From NCBI GenBank assembly GCA_965240325.2, contig OZ251222.1, forward strand, positions 4,402,001 through 4,466,000: a stretch of 64,000 bases of DNA, written 5' to 3'. Under the pieces are notes generated by a model. That model made no database searches. It worked only from the letters and a program-made list of their open reading frames with translations, and was not told where the DNA came from. Positions 31,441 to 43,606 of the stretch are shown here, one piece after another. How positions within the stretch are numbered: the stretch's first letter is position 1; every line of letters starts with the position of its first letter. This DNA is from Rebecca billardiae RCC1528 (taxonomy: Eukaryota > Protista > Haptophyta). The position numbers and the translations under genes are program-made.

Positions 31441-32736
31441 CTGCTCGACACAGCCACGGCAGTGTGGCTTGTGCGCGTGCACGTGATCAGTCTCAGCTCT
31501 GAGGCGCGCGCTCAGGAGGGCTGCGGCCGGGCCGAGCGCGATCTGCGCGGACGGTACAGCCTGGCGGCTCATGCCAGCCAGCCCAAAGCCCGCTCCGCCA
31601 TCCGCGTCATGGCGCTCCAGCCTCTCGCGTGCTGCGCTGCAGCCGCGCTCGGCAAAGACGTCGCCCAGCCCGCCTTGCACGCGGCTGAGCAGTGGCAGCC
31701 AGGCGAAGCGTCGTCGCGGGCGAGGCTGCGCTGGGTGATGCGGCTCGGGTCGGTGGGCAAGTCGCACCCCGCCGTCGGTCGCCTCCACGCCTCAGGCTCG
31801 CTCGAGGTCAAAGACAACTGCGCGGCGCGGCGTTTGCGCGGGCGGGCCGCGGGCGTGGCGGGGTGTACGCGTGCAATGTCACAGCCTCCCACACAATTTC
31901 AGGAGGGTGAGACGCACCGCCAGCGGCACCCGCACACAATCCCACCCTGCGCGAGCCACCTGCCGTGTCGACTGAAGCATCAGGCTCGGGCGCAACCGCG
32001 GGCGGCGCATGCAAGAAGCTCGCGAAACGCACCGCGCGCGCCGTGAGGGCGAAAGGAGAGCACCCGTCAGGGCGGCGAGGAACTTGCCCAGCGCCACGCG
32101 GAAGACGACCCCAGCCCGCGTCGACGCATAGTCGGGCCCGCGAGCAGCCTCGTCGGTCTTCGCCGAGTAGATCGCGCCGCGAGCCGAGGCACCGCTCGTT
32201 TGAGGCTCCGTCCGCCGCGAAGTCGCGGCTTCCACCCGAGTTCCACTGTCCGGCCGAGACCGGATTCGCTGACTCGAGCTGCGGACCGTCCGAAGCGTCA
32301 CGGAAAATTCCAATCCTGCACTGTGTTATTTCTTCGTCTTTATTATTCTGCTGCGCGTATATATTGCGCTTATATATATACTCTCCGGGGGCACGCGCCC
32401 GCGGGGGCGCTGCATACGCGACGACTACTTCGAGACGACGGCTCGGACGACGCGTGCGGCGTGGCACCGCGACCACCGCGTCCGCGGTGGCGCGCGCGCG
32501 TCGACGCCAGACGGTGCGTCGAGCTTCCGCTCGGCGCGATGGAGTGATATGGGCGACTACGAGGGGGGGGGACGACGGCGAGGAGCGCTGATCCTGGTGT
32601 TTGTCTCTGCTGCTCGATCTGCTGCTACAGCTCACTGCTGCTGACTCTGACGCCTGCCCGTTGCCGCTAGTCGATACCACGTCGTTAATTAATATACTCT
32701 GACGCTTGCCCGTTCACGTTGCATATACCACGTCGT

Positions 32737-32740
<4 letters not shown>

Positions 32741-32827
<87 letters not shown>

Positions 32828-32830
32828 CTC
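32741..32830. repeat. (CT)n microsatellite
   Basis: Seen directly. Confidence 0.97.
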
Positions 32831-33164
32831 TATAGATATACAGTGCTCCGGAAGGCGCTCGGCCGCGCGGCGGCATCTTACTGCTTATATTATTACCGTG
32901 AGGCTGCCGTCGCCGCTCGGCGTGCCCCAGGCCGAGGCCCGGTGCTGCTCCGCGTCCCACTCCATCATCCCATCAGCCCCACCGAAGCCTGACTCGCGGC
33001 GGGCGGCGGCGCCCGGCCGCCGCGGATGCGGGCACTCGCACCGCAGCCGCGCAGCCGCAGCCCGCGTGGCCGCAAGCGGCCAGCAGGGGGCCGCCCTAAT
33101 TGACGGCTGTACTGCGGCCAATATATATTCACCGGACGTCCGGACGGCCGGACGCTACTCGTCG

Positions 33165-35142
33165 CTAGGCAGACGTTGATGACGACGCGACGTTCATCGC
33201 TGCCAACTTGTCCACAAGCTCCTCGAACTTGATGTCGACTTGCTTCATTGCGTCCTGCGCGCGCGCGCGCGCGCACCAAGCGCACGGCGCACGCACGCAC
33301 GACACGGCCTTCAGGTGCGGCCGTCGCGCGGCTGCCGCGCGCGGCGCGTGGCCGCACCTCGTCCCCGGAGCGCAGGTCCTTCACGCGCACGCATCCCCTC
33401 TGCCACTCGTCCGGCGCGACGAAGACGACGCGCTCTCCGCCGATGCGGTCCGCGTACGAGAAGGCGTTCTTCACCTTCTTCGTCGGCTCGAGGAGCATGT
33501 CGCAGCTGTACCCGCCGCGCCGCAGCTCGCGCGCCACGCGCAGCGCCGGCCCGCGCATGCCGGCGTCGTACGGGACGACCACAAAGTCGGTGCGCTGCGG
33601 CAGCGCGGGGGTGAGGCCCTTGAGCGCGAGGAGCTCCATCACCACGCAGTCGCCGAAGCCGAAGCCGACCGCCGACACCTCGTTCGGCGCGCCGTACAGC
33701 GTGAGCAGCCGGTTGTACCGCCCGCCGCCGCAGATGGCGCGCAGCTCGCCCGAGCGGTCAAAGCCCTGCGCGCGCATGCGCGGGGGCGCACGGCGCTCGC
33801 GCGCGTCGCGTGGGCGGGGCGCGGCGCACGCGGCAGCCGCGGCGCGCGGGGCCGCGCGGCGTCGGCGGCGCACCTCGAAGACGATGCCGGTGTAGTACGC
33901 CAGGCCCCGCACCACCGACGCGTCGAAGGTGAGCCACTCGCTGATGCCGTAGTCCTCAGCCAGCTCGAAGAGGCGCCCCAGCTCGTCCACCGCAGCGTCG
34001 GCCGCGCTGCCGAGCAGCGCCTTGAGCTCGTCAAACGACTTGATGCTCAGGGTGGCGACGATCGCCCGGCCCGCGTCGGCGGGCACGCCCTCCTTCGCCT
34101 CGAGCTCGGCGACGACGGCGTCCGCGCCGATCTTGTCCAGCTTGTCCACGATCACGCACACCGGCGCGAACGCCGCCTCTGGCACGCCGTGCAGCTTGAG
34201 CACGGACGCGAGCACGGTGCGAGAGTTCACCTTGAGGCCCACGTCTGCTGAGGTGATGCCGATGCGCTCGAAGAAGGCGCAGATCGCGGCGAGCAGCTCG
34301 AGCTCGGCGGAGATAGAGGGCTCGCCGATGATGTCCATGTTCCACTGGTAGTGCTCGCGCTTGCGCCCGCGCTGGATCGCCTCGAACCGCCAGCACTGCG
34401 CGCGCGCACGGAGCGGACGGGCGCGCCGCGCAGCGAGCGGCCGCGCGCGCCCGTCAGCCCGACGCGATGGCGCGGATCGTGCTGGGGCCGCGCGTTGCGA
34501 CGGGCTGGCGCGCACCTGTGGCAAGCTGCACCACTTGAGCGGCAGGATGCAGTTCGGCCCCATCGCCAGCACCATGCGCGCGAGCGAGGGCGTCATCTCC
34601 GGCCGGAGCGTCACGTTGTACCCGTCCTGAGGCACACGGACGCCCGACACCGCGCACCCACGGGCAGGCGCGGAGCGGCGTGAGCCACCGGATGCACGCG
34701 CGCGCGAGGGCGGCGCGGGCGGGCAGCGACGCGGCGAGGCGGCCAGGCCCCACGCGCGCACCTTGTCCACAAAGTTGAACATCTGCGCCGTGATCTCCTC
34801 CCCCGCCTTACGCTTGTACAGCTCGTCGTGCTCGAGCACGGGCGCGTCGTACTCCTGGAAGGCGAACTGGCGGGCGACCTCGCGGAAGTGGGCAAAGAGC
34901 CACTGGTGCGCGCGCATCTCGTCCGGGTAGAAGTCGCGGGTGCCGCTCGGCGGCGCGAGGGACACCGTGGGCTCCACGGACGCGAGCGGGTGCACGGTCA
35001 GCGCCTTGCCTGCGGCCTCGCGCTCCTGCGCCTTCTCCGCCTTCTTGCGCGCCTTCTCCGCCTCCTTGGCAGCCTTCTTCTGCTGAGCCTTCGACACGGC
35101 GGGCTCGGCGCCCGGTGCGCCCGCTGCGGGCGCCGCCTCCAT
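33165..35142 (-). CDS. HARS: Histidyl-tRNA synthetase; introns 34627..34761, 34396..34515, 33766..33873, 33255..33357
   Basis: PSGTRDFYP, LRPEMTPSLAR, QCWRFEAIQRGRKREHYQWNMDIIG, VRGLAYYTGIVFE, AICGGGRY, VGFGFGD. Last exon DAMKQVDIKFEELVDKL...SA*. Confidence 0.95.
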
Positions 35143-35660
35143 CGCGTGTGTGTCGCTTGCCACGCGGGTGGTGCGGCTTCCGTCCCGCGTCCGCCCTGCT
35201 GAATCTGTCGATGCGTCCCCGCCACGCGGCCGCCCGGACGCGCTAGTGGCAGCGCGCCTTTTTTCGCCGCCACACCCGCGGAAAAAAACCGGGTTACCGG
35301 GCCCACCGTTGGCGGTTGGCGTTGGCGAGTCGCAGCGCCGGGCAACTCGGGCCCTCGGGCTCGGCCGCGCCGCCGCGGGGCAAGTGACTCTGCAAGTGAG
35401 CAGATGAACTCATGGTTCCCAGCGACTGTCACCGTGTACGTCCGGGCTCTAATCAGGCTCGCCTAAACAGAGTGCGGACCCGCGCCGTGTCACGTGGCCG
35501 TGGGTTCGGGCCCGGCGGCCGAACGGGCTTGAGCGGCTGAGCCCGAGCAGCTAGCAAGCTGAACGACGCAAGTACGAGGTGGACGGCAGGTCTCCGCGAC
35601 ATCAGGGGCCGCCTTCGACTCTGCCGCGAGCAGAAGCACCCGTGCGGCGCGTGCACACCC

Positions 35661-36458
35661 TCAGCCCTTGATGGCGCGCTCGGCGTCCGCCGCCTTGAAC
35701 GGCGTCGGCGAGGTGGCGGCGAGCGCGAGCTTGCCGCTCGACTCGACCCGCCAGGCGCAGTACTCGCCTGGGTACGTGCGCGAGACGAAGCCCGGGCCTA
35801 CGCGCCGCAGGAGGTAGCCCACCTCCACGTCGTCGAAGGACGGCATCCCCAGCTTGTCGAAGAAGGACAGCCGGTCGAGCGCGCAGTTGAAGAGCAGTAG
35901 CGGCGAGCGGCCGTCGTCCAGCTGCTTCAGCTCGCGCAGCGCGCTGGAGTCGATCTCGCTGTTGGCGACGGCGGTGATCGTGCTGCCTCCGGTGGTCCAG
36001 CGGTACCCGTAGAGGCCCTCCTCGCTCAGGTAGTCGCCGCCACCCTCGAAGCCGCCCTCCCTGATCAGGATCTCGCGGCCGACTGGCTCGGGCGAGCGCG
36101 GGCCGCCAAGCCGGCCGATCAGCTCGAGCAGGAAGTTGTTGTCGTCCTCGAACTTGCGCGCCGTCGTGGAGCGATCAACGCTACTGATCTGCGGGATATC
36201 GACGGATACGCGGCGGCAGCCCGCGGCCAGCGCCGCCTTGCATCCGGCTGCCGCGCGCGTGTTTGCGTCCTTGAACGAGACCAGCAGTCGTCGCGCGTCC
36301 TTCAGCGGCGGCGGCTGCGGAGCGGCGCTCATAGCAAGCTCTCGCAACGCGGGGGATGAGCTGACAGCCTGCGCGCGCGCTGCGCCATGCGCCAGCGCGC
36401 CGCCGCCGCGACTCCACGCGAGCGCGAGCGCGGGCAGCACGGCCGCCACGAGCGCCAT
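35661..36458 (-). CDS. Plastid-targeted DUF1995 (LPA3-like) protein
   Basis: Signal plus transit-like N-terminus; AALAAGCRRVSVDIP, PLLLFN, YLLR...VSRTYPGEY. Confidence 0.6.
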   Translation of the reverse strand: MALVAAVLPALALAWSRGGGALAHGAARAQAVSSSPALRELAMSAAPQPPPLKDARRLLVSFKDANTRAAAGCKAALAAGCRRVSVDIPQISSVDRSTTARKFEDDNNFLLELIGRLGGPRSPEPVGREILIREGGFEGGGDYLSEEGLYGYRWTTGGSTITAVANSEIDSSALRELKQLDDGRSPLLLFNCALDRLSFFDKLGMPSFDDVEVGYLLRRVGPGFVSRTYPGEYCAWRVESSGKLALAATSPTPFKAADAERAIKG

Positions 36459-36773
36459 GCTCACGAAGTCCTGCGCGCGCGCGCGCTGATGCCCACTGCT
36501 GGAATCCTTCTTGGAGGAGCAGGACTTGGCGCAAACGACAAGGCTCGCTTGGCGTCGTTCGCCGACCCGGCAATAATATGAACTCCGCGGCAGTATGAAT
36601 ACATGCGAGCCTGAAAGCTATCGCGGCCAGCCAATGGCTGCACAGACGCTCTGGTCGCTCACCAGCCGGCGGGTTTTTTTTACCCGATAGGTGTGCCCAA
36701 GGCCCACTGCCGCCCGCACCCCAAGCAAGGCACTGGCGGCCGCCCTTTCGCACGCAGGACGTCGCGGCAGGCC

Positions 36774-39134
36774 ATGTCGCAGCCGGTGCCGGTGCCCGGC
36801 CGGGCCATCGCGGGCAGCGCGGCAACGGGTCGAACGCTCGAGGAGCACTACGAGCTGCTCGACGTCCTCGGCCGCGGCTCGTTCTCCGTCGTGCAGCGCG
36901 TGCGGCACAGGCACACGGGCGAGCACTTTGCGTGCAAGCTGATTGACAAGTGGTCCATCCACAACAGGCAGCGCCTGGCGAACGAGGCACGCGCCCGCGC
37001 GCAGCACCCCACAACCGCGTGCCCTCGCGCCCCGTCCGCCCCAAACCACGCCGAGCGCGCTCGTCGGGGGGCTGCGTGGCGCCACTCACGCGCGCTTTTT
37101 GGTGCTCCGCGCGCGGGCGCTCGCACTGGCGCAGATCGAGGTGCTGCAGCGCGTCTCGCACCCGGCGGTGATCCGATTGCACGACATATTCGAGACGGAG
37201 CGCGTCCTTGCCCTCGTCACGGACATTGCCGCGGGTGGCGAGCTCTTCGACAAGATTGTCGACAAGGGTGCGCGCGCGGCGCGCAAAGCGCGCCCCTCCT
37301 CTCGCCCTGGACACGCGCACGCCGCCGTGCCAAGGGGTCCAGGCGGCATGCAGAGCTCGGCAGCCGGCGGTGTCGATAGGCCTTGGGTGGCACGGCTTGT
37401 CGCGTGCTCGCGTGCTCTGCCCCCGCACCCCTGGGTGCGCCGGCTAAGCAGCGTGCGCGCTCGCCTCCTCCGCGCGCAGGCCGCTACTCTGAGAAGGAAG
37501 CCTCAGATGTGATCTCGCAGCTGCTGCAGGCCATCCAGCACCTGCACGCAGCGGGCATTGTGCACCGCGACATCAAGCCCGAGAACATCCTCCTCGCCTC
37601 AAAAGACGACGACGTCGGCATCAAGTTGTCAGGCACGCGCGCGCGCGCACACGTGTTGGCAGCGCGCGCACCCTGGCCATGCGCGCGCCCTCACACGCGC
37701 CCTGCTGCCCGCGGCGCGACATCCGGCGCGCGCAGACTTTGGGCTCGCCAAGATCTTCTCGGGGGACGACATGGGGACGACGCCCGACAATGCGTACGGT
37801 ACGGCTCTGCCGGCGCGCGGCGGCGCGACTGCGCCGCGTGCCTCGCGCAGCGTGAGGCGTGGCACGCGCGCGGGCAGCTGCAGCTGGGCGCACCGCTGAG
37901 CGCGCTGCGGACGGGCCCCCGCGCCGCCCCGCCCGGTGCTCGCGCGCGCAGGGCGCGCGCGCGCGTTCACCGTGTGCGGCACGGACTACTACGTCGCGCC
38001 GGAGGTGCTGCAGCACGCGGGGTACACGCACGCGTGCGACCTCTGGTCCGTGGGCGTGGTGCTGTACATCCTGCTCTCGGGCTGCCCCCCCTTCTACGAG
38101 GGCGGCGAGGAGGGCATCTCCGTGCAGCGCAAGATCATCGCGGGGAAGTACTCGTTCCCCGAGCAGTATTGGGCGGCCGTGAGCGCGGAGGCGAAGGTGC
38201 GCGCGCGCGTGGAGCGCTCGCCCCTGCGCGCGCGCCCCTGCGTGCGCACACACCGCCCACCGCCCGCCGCCCGCCCCTCGGCGCCCCTCGGCGCCCGCTC
38301 GCTCGTGCGCGCAGGACCTGGTGAGCAACCTGCTGGTCGTCGACCCCGCGCGCAGGTTCAGCGTGCGCCAGTGCCTCGCGCACCCGTGGGTTGTGCGGCA
38401 CGGCGTCTCGACGGGCCCGCTGCCGCAGCGCAACACAGACAACTTCAAATCATTCAACAACAAGTGCGCGCGGCTCGCGCGTTGCGTTTGGCCGCGCACC
38501 GGCGCGCCCCGCGCTCGCACTCCGCCGCCCGGCCGCTCATGTGCTGCCCCGCCGCCCGGCCGTGCCGCCGCTCCTCCGCAGGCGCAAGAACTCGGTGGCT
38601 GGCTCGCCGCTCGTGGGCTCGTACTCCGTGTTTGGCTCGCTGCACGGCTCGCTGCAGTCGCCCGCCGAGCACACGATGCACGTGCCGGGCAAGCACAGGC
38701 GCACGGGCGCGTCCATCCCGCACTCGCTGCTCAACGCGCCGCTCGGCGCGCACACGTGCGGCTCGGTGCCGGAGGGGGCGCCGACCAACGGCGACGTGGG
38801 GGGCGAGCTGGGCGCCAGGGCCGTCGGGCCGAGCGGGCTGTCTGAGGACGCGCGCGGGGACGCGAACGGCGTGCCCCTGGGCTCGGTCGGCGCGGGCGGC
38901 GTGGGCGATGCAGCGGCCAGTGCCGCAGGCGTGCCCATCCCGATTCCCGGCAGGGGAGGTGACAGGGGAGGTGGCGGGCACGGCGGCTTAGCGGGCGGCT
39001 TGACGGGCACGACGCCGATGGCGGTACCCGGCGCGGCCGCAGGGCCGGGCGCGTTCGGCAACGAGCTGTCCGTGTCGCCTCCCGCGGGGCTGCTGTCGGC
39101 GAGCCCAAACCCGGGCTTCATGATGGAGATCTGA
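36774..39134 (+). CDS. CAMK-group Ser/Thr protein kinase (CaMK1-like); introns 36987..37134 (GC-AG), 37268..37479, 37633..37735 (GC-AG), 37799..37951, 38197..38314, 38464..38581
   Basis: LGRGSFSVV, FACKLI, GGELFDKI, HRDIKPEN, DFGLAK, CGTDYYVAPE, DLWSVGV, HPW. Confidence 0.93.
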
Positions 39135-39295
39135 TTGCCAGTCGCCACCGGACCGCACTTCGGAGTCCGGGGTCAGAGCAGGCGGCTACTGCTGGCACGA
39201 TGCGCGTATAGTGATGCGCTAATCAGTGTCATTCGATCTATACGTTTCGTCTCTAGCGCGCAATAACTGCTGAGACTACAGTACAGGCTACAGCG

Positions 39296-41344
39296 TCACA
39301 TGGGCCCGTGCAGCTCCTGAGCGCGGTAGCACAGCTCGAGCTCGCGCATCCGTGATGCGCTTGTGCCCGTGGGCGGTGTGCGCCCCGCCATGGCGCGGGT
39401 TGTGCCGGCGAGGCTGCTCTCCGACGCCACGGACGAGCTGCGCGCGCGCCCGTCAGCGCACGCGCCTGCGCCACCTTGGTGCGCGCGCGTGGGCGTGTGC
39501 AAGGACGGGACGAGCGGCACCAGCGGTGGCGAGCGGCTCGGCGTGCGCTCGGCGCTGCGCGCACGTGCCGGCCGCGACGGCTCCGCCGTCGGGGCAGCGT
39601 GGCACCGCAGACTCCGCGCTCGAGCGAGCGGCCGGATGAAGCGCGAGCCCGCGGCGGCGGAGAGCGCCACGTCGTCAATCGTGCGCCCGACGCCGTCGGC
39701 CGCCTTCTCGAGCCCCTCGCCAACGCCGCTTGACAGCGCGTGCGCACCGTTGCTCAGACCGCCGACGACGGCCGCCGTGCCGCCGACCACGCCGCCGACG
39801 AGCCGGCCACCCCCGACGACGACGCCCGCCAGATCGCCGCTCGCGAGGCCCGCGACGGCGTCGGCGGTGCCGCCCACCACGCCGCCGAGCACCGTGGCGC
39901 TGCCACTCGCCACGCCGCACGCCACGCCGCGCGTGCAGCCCGCGAGGCCCGACGCGACGCTCTTGGTGGCGCCGAGCGCGCCGTGCACCGTGTGCGCGGC
40001 CGGGCCCATGTTGGCTGTGCACTCGTCCACGCCGTCGAGGAGGGCGGCAGCGCCGCCCGCCGCGCCGTGCGCGATCGCGTCGACGCCGTTGCCCACGCCG
40101 CGCGAGAGCTCGGTCACGCCGCGGTGCACGCCGCGCAGTACGCCCTGCGCCGAGCCCGACGACAGCCCCACCGCCACCTCCTGCGCGCTCGCGGCGGCGC
40201 CGTCGACGACAGCGCGCGTGCCCTCGAGCGCGCCGCTCACGACCGTGCGCACGCCGCCACTCGCGCCTCTGACGAGCGAGCCCCCCGGCGCGTTGATCGT
40301 GCGGTTCGCCGAGTCGACGATGTCCAGCGAGCGCCCGACCACGTACCCGGCGCGAACCGTCGCCGCGCCGAGCGTCGAGCGCACCGCGTCGATCGACGTG
40401 GCTGCGAGCGTGCGCAGCACCAGCGAGTTGAGCCACAGCAGCACGCCCAGGGAGACGCCGCCCTCGAGCCGGGCGGGCTCGATGCGCTCCTCGTGCAGCA
40501 TGATGGGCGGGAGGAGCGCGGTGCGCGGCGCGCCGCGCCCGCCCAGCCGGCGCTCGACGTGCACGGACACGCGGCGCAGCAGCACGCACTCCACGACCAC
40601 CGGCGGTGGCGGTGGCGGCGGCCGGCCCGGTGCCGCGCCGGCCGCCGCGGGCGCGGCCGCGGGCGCCGCGCTCGGCGGGTCCCCGCCCGGGAGCGCCTGC
40701 GGCGCGTCGGGCGATGCGGGCGGCGCGGTGGGCCTGGGCGATGCCGACTGCCCGTCCCCGCCCTCCGCCGCGCCACGCCTCGGACCGCCGCGTGCCGCGC
40801 CCTTCTGCCGGTCCTCGAGCCGCTCCGCCAGCCGCTGCACGTTGGTGTCGCGGAAGCGGCGGTCGTACGCGATGAAGTGCAGGCGGAGCTCGTCGACGAG
40901 GACGATGGCGAGGAAGCAGCGCGGGCCTTTGCCGCGCGTGAGGTGCACCTTGATCGAGCGCACGTTCAGCAGCGCCTCGCGCTCCGCCGCCGGCTCCGGT
41001 GCCGCGCGGGGCGCGGCGCTGTCCGCCGATGAAGCCACGGGATCGGGTGGCGAGAAGATCACGAGGCGGCGCACGGTGACAGTGAACGTGTCGATCGGCG
41101 CATCGAGCTCCCAGATCCGCCTGAGCGGCGCCTTGGCCCAAGTGAAGTTGACGTCGATGGCGCCAAACACGGCGTCGAGGTCGGCGCTCACCTCGAGCAC
41201 GAATGAGAGCAGCTGCACGCGCGCGAGCCAGGCGACGACGACGCAGATGAGCCCGACCTCGAGCGCGAAGTAGAGGAGGCGATACACCAGCCAAGCCGCC
41301 GCGAGGGCCCACTCGGCCAGCGTGAACGCCCACGCGAGCCCCAT
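39296..41344 (-). CDS. Hypothetical membrane-anchored protein: N-terminal TM, beta-rich AsmA-like segment, C-terminal Gly/Ala/Val amphipathic repeats
   Basis: Long intronless ORF with gene-like codon use and a hydrophobic N-terminus; VTVRRLVIFSPP...LLNVRSIKVHL...DTNVQRL; GVLRGVHRGVTELSRGVGNG-type helices. Confidence 0.65.
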   Translation of the reverse strand: MGLAWAFTLAEWALAAAWLVYRLLYFALEVGLICVVVAWLARVQLLSFVLEVSADLDAVFGAIDVNFTWAKAPLRRIWELDAPIDTFTVTVRRLVIFSPPDPVASSADSAAPRAAPEPAAEREALLNVRSIKVHLTRGKGPRCFLAIVLVDELRLHFIAYDRRFRDTNVQRLAERLEDRQKGAARGGPRRGAAEGGDGQSASPRPTAPPASPDAPQALPGGDPPSAAPAAAPAAAGAAPGRPPPPPPPVVVECVLLRRVSVHVERRLGGRGAPRTALLPPIMLHEERIEPARLEGGVSLGVLLWLNSLVLRTLAATSIDAVRSTLGAATVRAGYVVGRSLDIVDSANRTINAPGGSLVRGASGGVRTVVSGALEGTRAVVDGAAASAQEVAVGLSSGSAQGVLRGVHRGVTELSRGVGNGVDAIAHGAAGGAAALLDGVDECTANMGPAAHTVHGALGATKSVASGLAGCTRGVACGVASGSATVLGGVVGGTADAVAGLASGDLAGVVVGGGRLVGGVVGGTAAVVGGLSNGAHALSSGVGEGLEKAADGVGRTIDDVALSAAAGSRFIRPLARARSLRCHAAPTAEPSRPARARSAERTPSRSPPLVPLVPSLHTPTRAHQGGAGACADGRARSSSVASESSLAGTTRAMAGRTPPTGTSASRMRELELCYRAQELHGPM

Positions 41345-41696
41345 CCGCCCAACGTGGTCCGCGGGGCGGCGAGAAGGCGGTCCAACGAGGGCGCCGGCCT
41401 CCGCCGCTCCGCGACCCAAAGATTCGGCCCCGCACTTCCAACGTACCGCAGTTTGTCGCCGCCGGCTTCAGAGTCGCTCGTGCGCTCCTTCCTGGAACGG
41501 GGAATCTGTAAATCTACTGCGAAAGTGCGAATTAGTCGTGATACAGTAGAGAACGTTCAACCGTCAACGATGGCGGAGCTGCCGCCGCCGCCCGCAACAT
41601 GTGCGATGGGGTAGCGCGAGTCGTGGGGCACGCAGTATGCAGCTATGCAGTGAGACGATCAGCCGTGCCGTGCGGCCGCCGCAGTTGGAGAGCGGT

Positions 41697-42518
41697 TTAG
41701 AGGCGCGAGGTGGCTGCCGCCATGCCCGCGACTAAATCCTCGACCTCGCGCGGCGGCTCCTTGTGCGCGCCGACAAGGCATCCTCGCTTGCGAAGCAGCT
41801 CGAGCAGGCGCGGCAGGCAGGCGTCCACGCCGCCGTCGATGACAAAGTCGGTGCGGATGGGCGCGTAGTGCTCAAGTAGAGGGTACGTCTCCGCCTTGTA
41901 CGTCTGCAGCCGGTGGCGGCACACGTCCTCCCGATCATCCTCGCGCATCACCATGCCCTCCGTGCACTGCGCGCACGTGACGAGCTCGTTGGGCTCGAGC
42001 ACCGTGCCGTGCGCACAGCGCACCTCGCCCGTGGCGGCGTCTCGCGAGACGGGCTCGGGCAAGAGTGGCGGCATGTACCAGCTGTCGCGGAGGATGTAGG
42101 CCAGGTTGTACACGCCATTGTCCGGCCCGATGCGGCGCGCAACCATCTTGAGGAGCATGATCTCCTCGTCCATCTCCAGATGGAGCGCCAGATCGGGTGG
42201 CGCGATGGAGTCCACCTCGCGCGCCTGCGCGAGCGTGCGCGGCACGCCGTCGAGCATGAACCCGTGCTCAATCAGGCCATTCTCGCGCAGATGGCCGAAG
42301 ACAAGCCCGAGGACGTCGCTGTCCTCCACGAGGTCGCCGCGCTTCGCAGCGGCGGCCATGCGCTGCCCGATGGGCGTGCGAGCGCGGATCTCGCGGCGCA
42401 CCAGGTCGCCAGCCACCACGTGCTCCAGTCCGAGCATGGGCGCCACGTGCCGCGCGTACGTGCCCTTTCCCACGCCCGGCGCGCCGAGAAGAATCACGCG
42501 CCGCGCCGGTGCCAGCAT
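41697..42518 (-). CDS. adk: Adenylate kinase
   Basis: ILLGAPGVGKGT P-loop, GDLVRREI, GDLVED, GFMLDGVPRTLAQA, REDDREDVCRHRLQTY. Confidence 0.93.
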   Translation of the reverse strand: MLAPARRVILLGAPGVGKGTYARHVAPMLGLEHVVAGDLVRREIRARTPIGQRMAAAAKRGDLVEDSDVLGLVFGHLRENGLIEHGFMLDGVPRTLAQAREVDSIAPPDLALHLEMDEEIMLLKMVARRIGPDNGVYNLAYILRDSWYMPPLLPEPVSRDAATGEVRCAHGTVLEPNELVTCAQCTEGMVMREDDREDVCRHRLQTYKAETYPLLEHYAPIRTDFVIDGGVDACLPRLLELLRKRGCLVGAHKEPPREVEDLVAGMAAATSRL

Positions 42519-42768
42519 GCTGCGAGCTGCTCGGCGGGTTTGGGCGGTGGCGGATGCCCTTCGCCACCGTGCGCGCTGCCGTTCGCAGGAAGTCCGGGAC
42601 CCGAGGTTCCGGCGCCCGCCCGGCCCGGGCGCAGCGCCGCAGCAGCATTTTCATTCCGTCAACAAGCGTGGCCGCGAAAATCATTTTGTCGATGGGCTCG
42701 CTGCTGTGCGCCGACGACGGCAGCCTCCATCCACGCAGGCTCTTCGCGGTCGGCCGTGGCCGGGAGAC

Positions 42769-43606
42769 ATGCGGTGCGCGCGCAGCGCGGGCTTGAGCGC
42801 ACCGCGCGCGTCCGACGCTCACCGCGCATGCCTGCATCCTCCCCTGCAGGATCCTCGTCGGCGTGAAGCGCGTCATCGACTATGGCGTGAAGGTGCGCGT
42901 GCGCGCAGACAAGCGCGGCGTGGAGATGGAGAATGTGAAGATGGCGATCAACCCGTTCTGCGAGATCGCAGTGGAGGAAGCCGTGCGACTGAAGGAGAAG
43001 GGGATCGCGAGCGAAGTCGTCGCTGTCTCCATCGGCCCGGAGAAATCGCTCGACACGCTCCGGCACGCGATGGCGATGGGCGCTGACAGGGCGGTGCACG
43101 TGCTGCAGGACGCTGCAGAGGGCCTCGTGCCACTGCAGGTGGCCAAGGTGCTCAAGGCCGTCGCTGAGCGCGAGGAGCCGCAGATGGTCGTACTCGGCAA
43201 GCAGGCCATCGATGGGGACTACAACCAGACCGGCCAGATGCTCTCGGCGCTCCTGGGCTGGCCGCAGGCTACGTTTGCGTCTGAGGTGCGGCTGGCGGAT
43301 GGGGCGGCGAGCGCAGAGGTGGTGCGCGAGGTGGACGGCGGGCTGGAGACCGTGGGCGTGAAGCTCCCTGCCGTGATCACCACGGATCTCCGCCTGAACG
43401 AGCCGCGGTACGCCACGCTCCCGAACATCATGAAGGCGAAGAAGAAGAAGGTCGAGAAGCTCAGCATGGCCGACCTGGGCGTGGAGGAGAAGTGGCACCT
43501 GGAGATCGTCAAGGTGGACGAGCCGCCCAAGCGGCAGGCAGGCATCACTGTGGACGGCGTCGATGCGCTTGTAGACAAGCTGGCGAACGAGGCGAAAGTG
43601 TTGTGA
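42769..43606 (+). CDS. ETFB: Electron transfer flavoprotein beta subunit; 5-nt first coding exon (ATGCG), intron 42774..42849
   Basis: Spliced start [13 protein letters not shown]; [41 protein letters not shown]. Confidence 0.95.
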
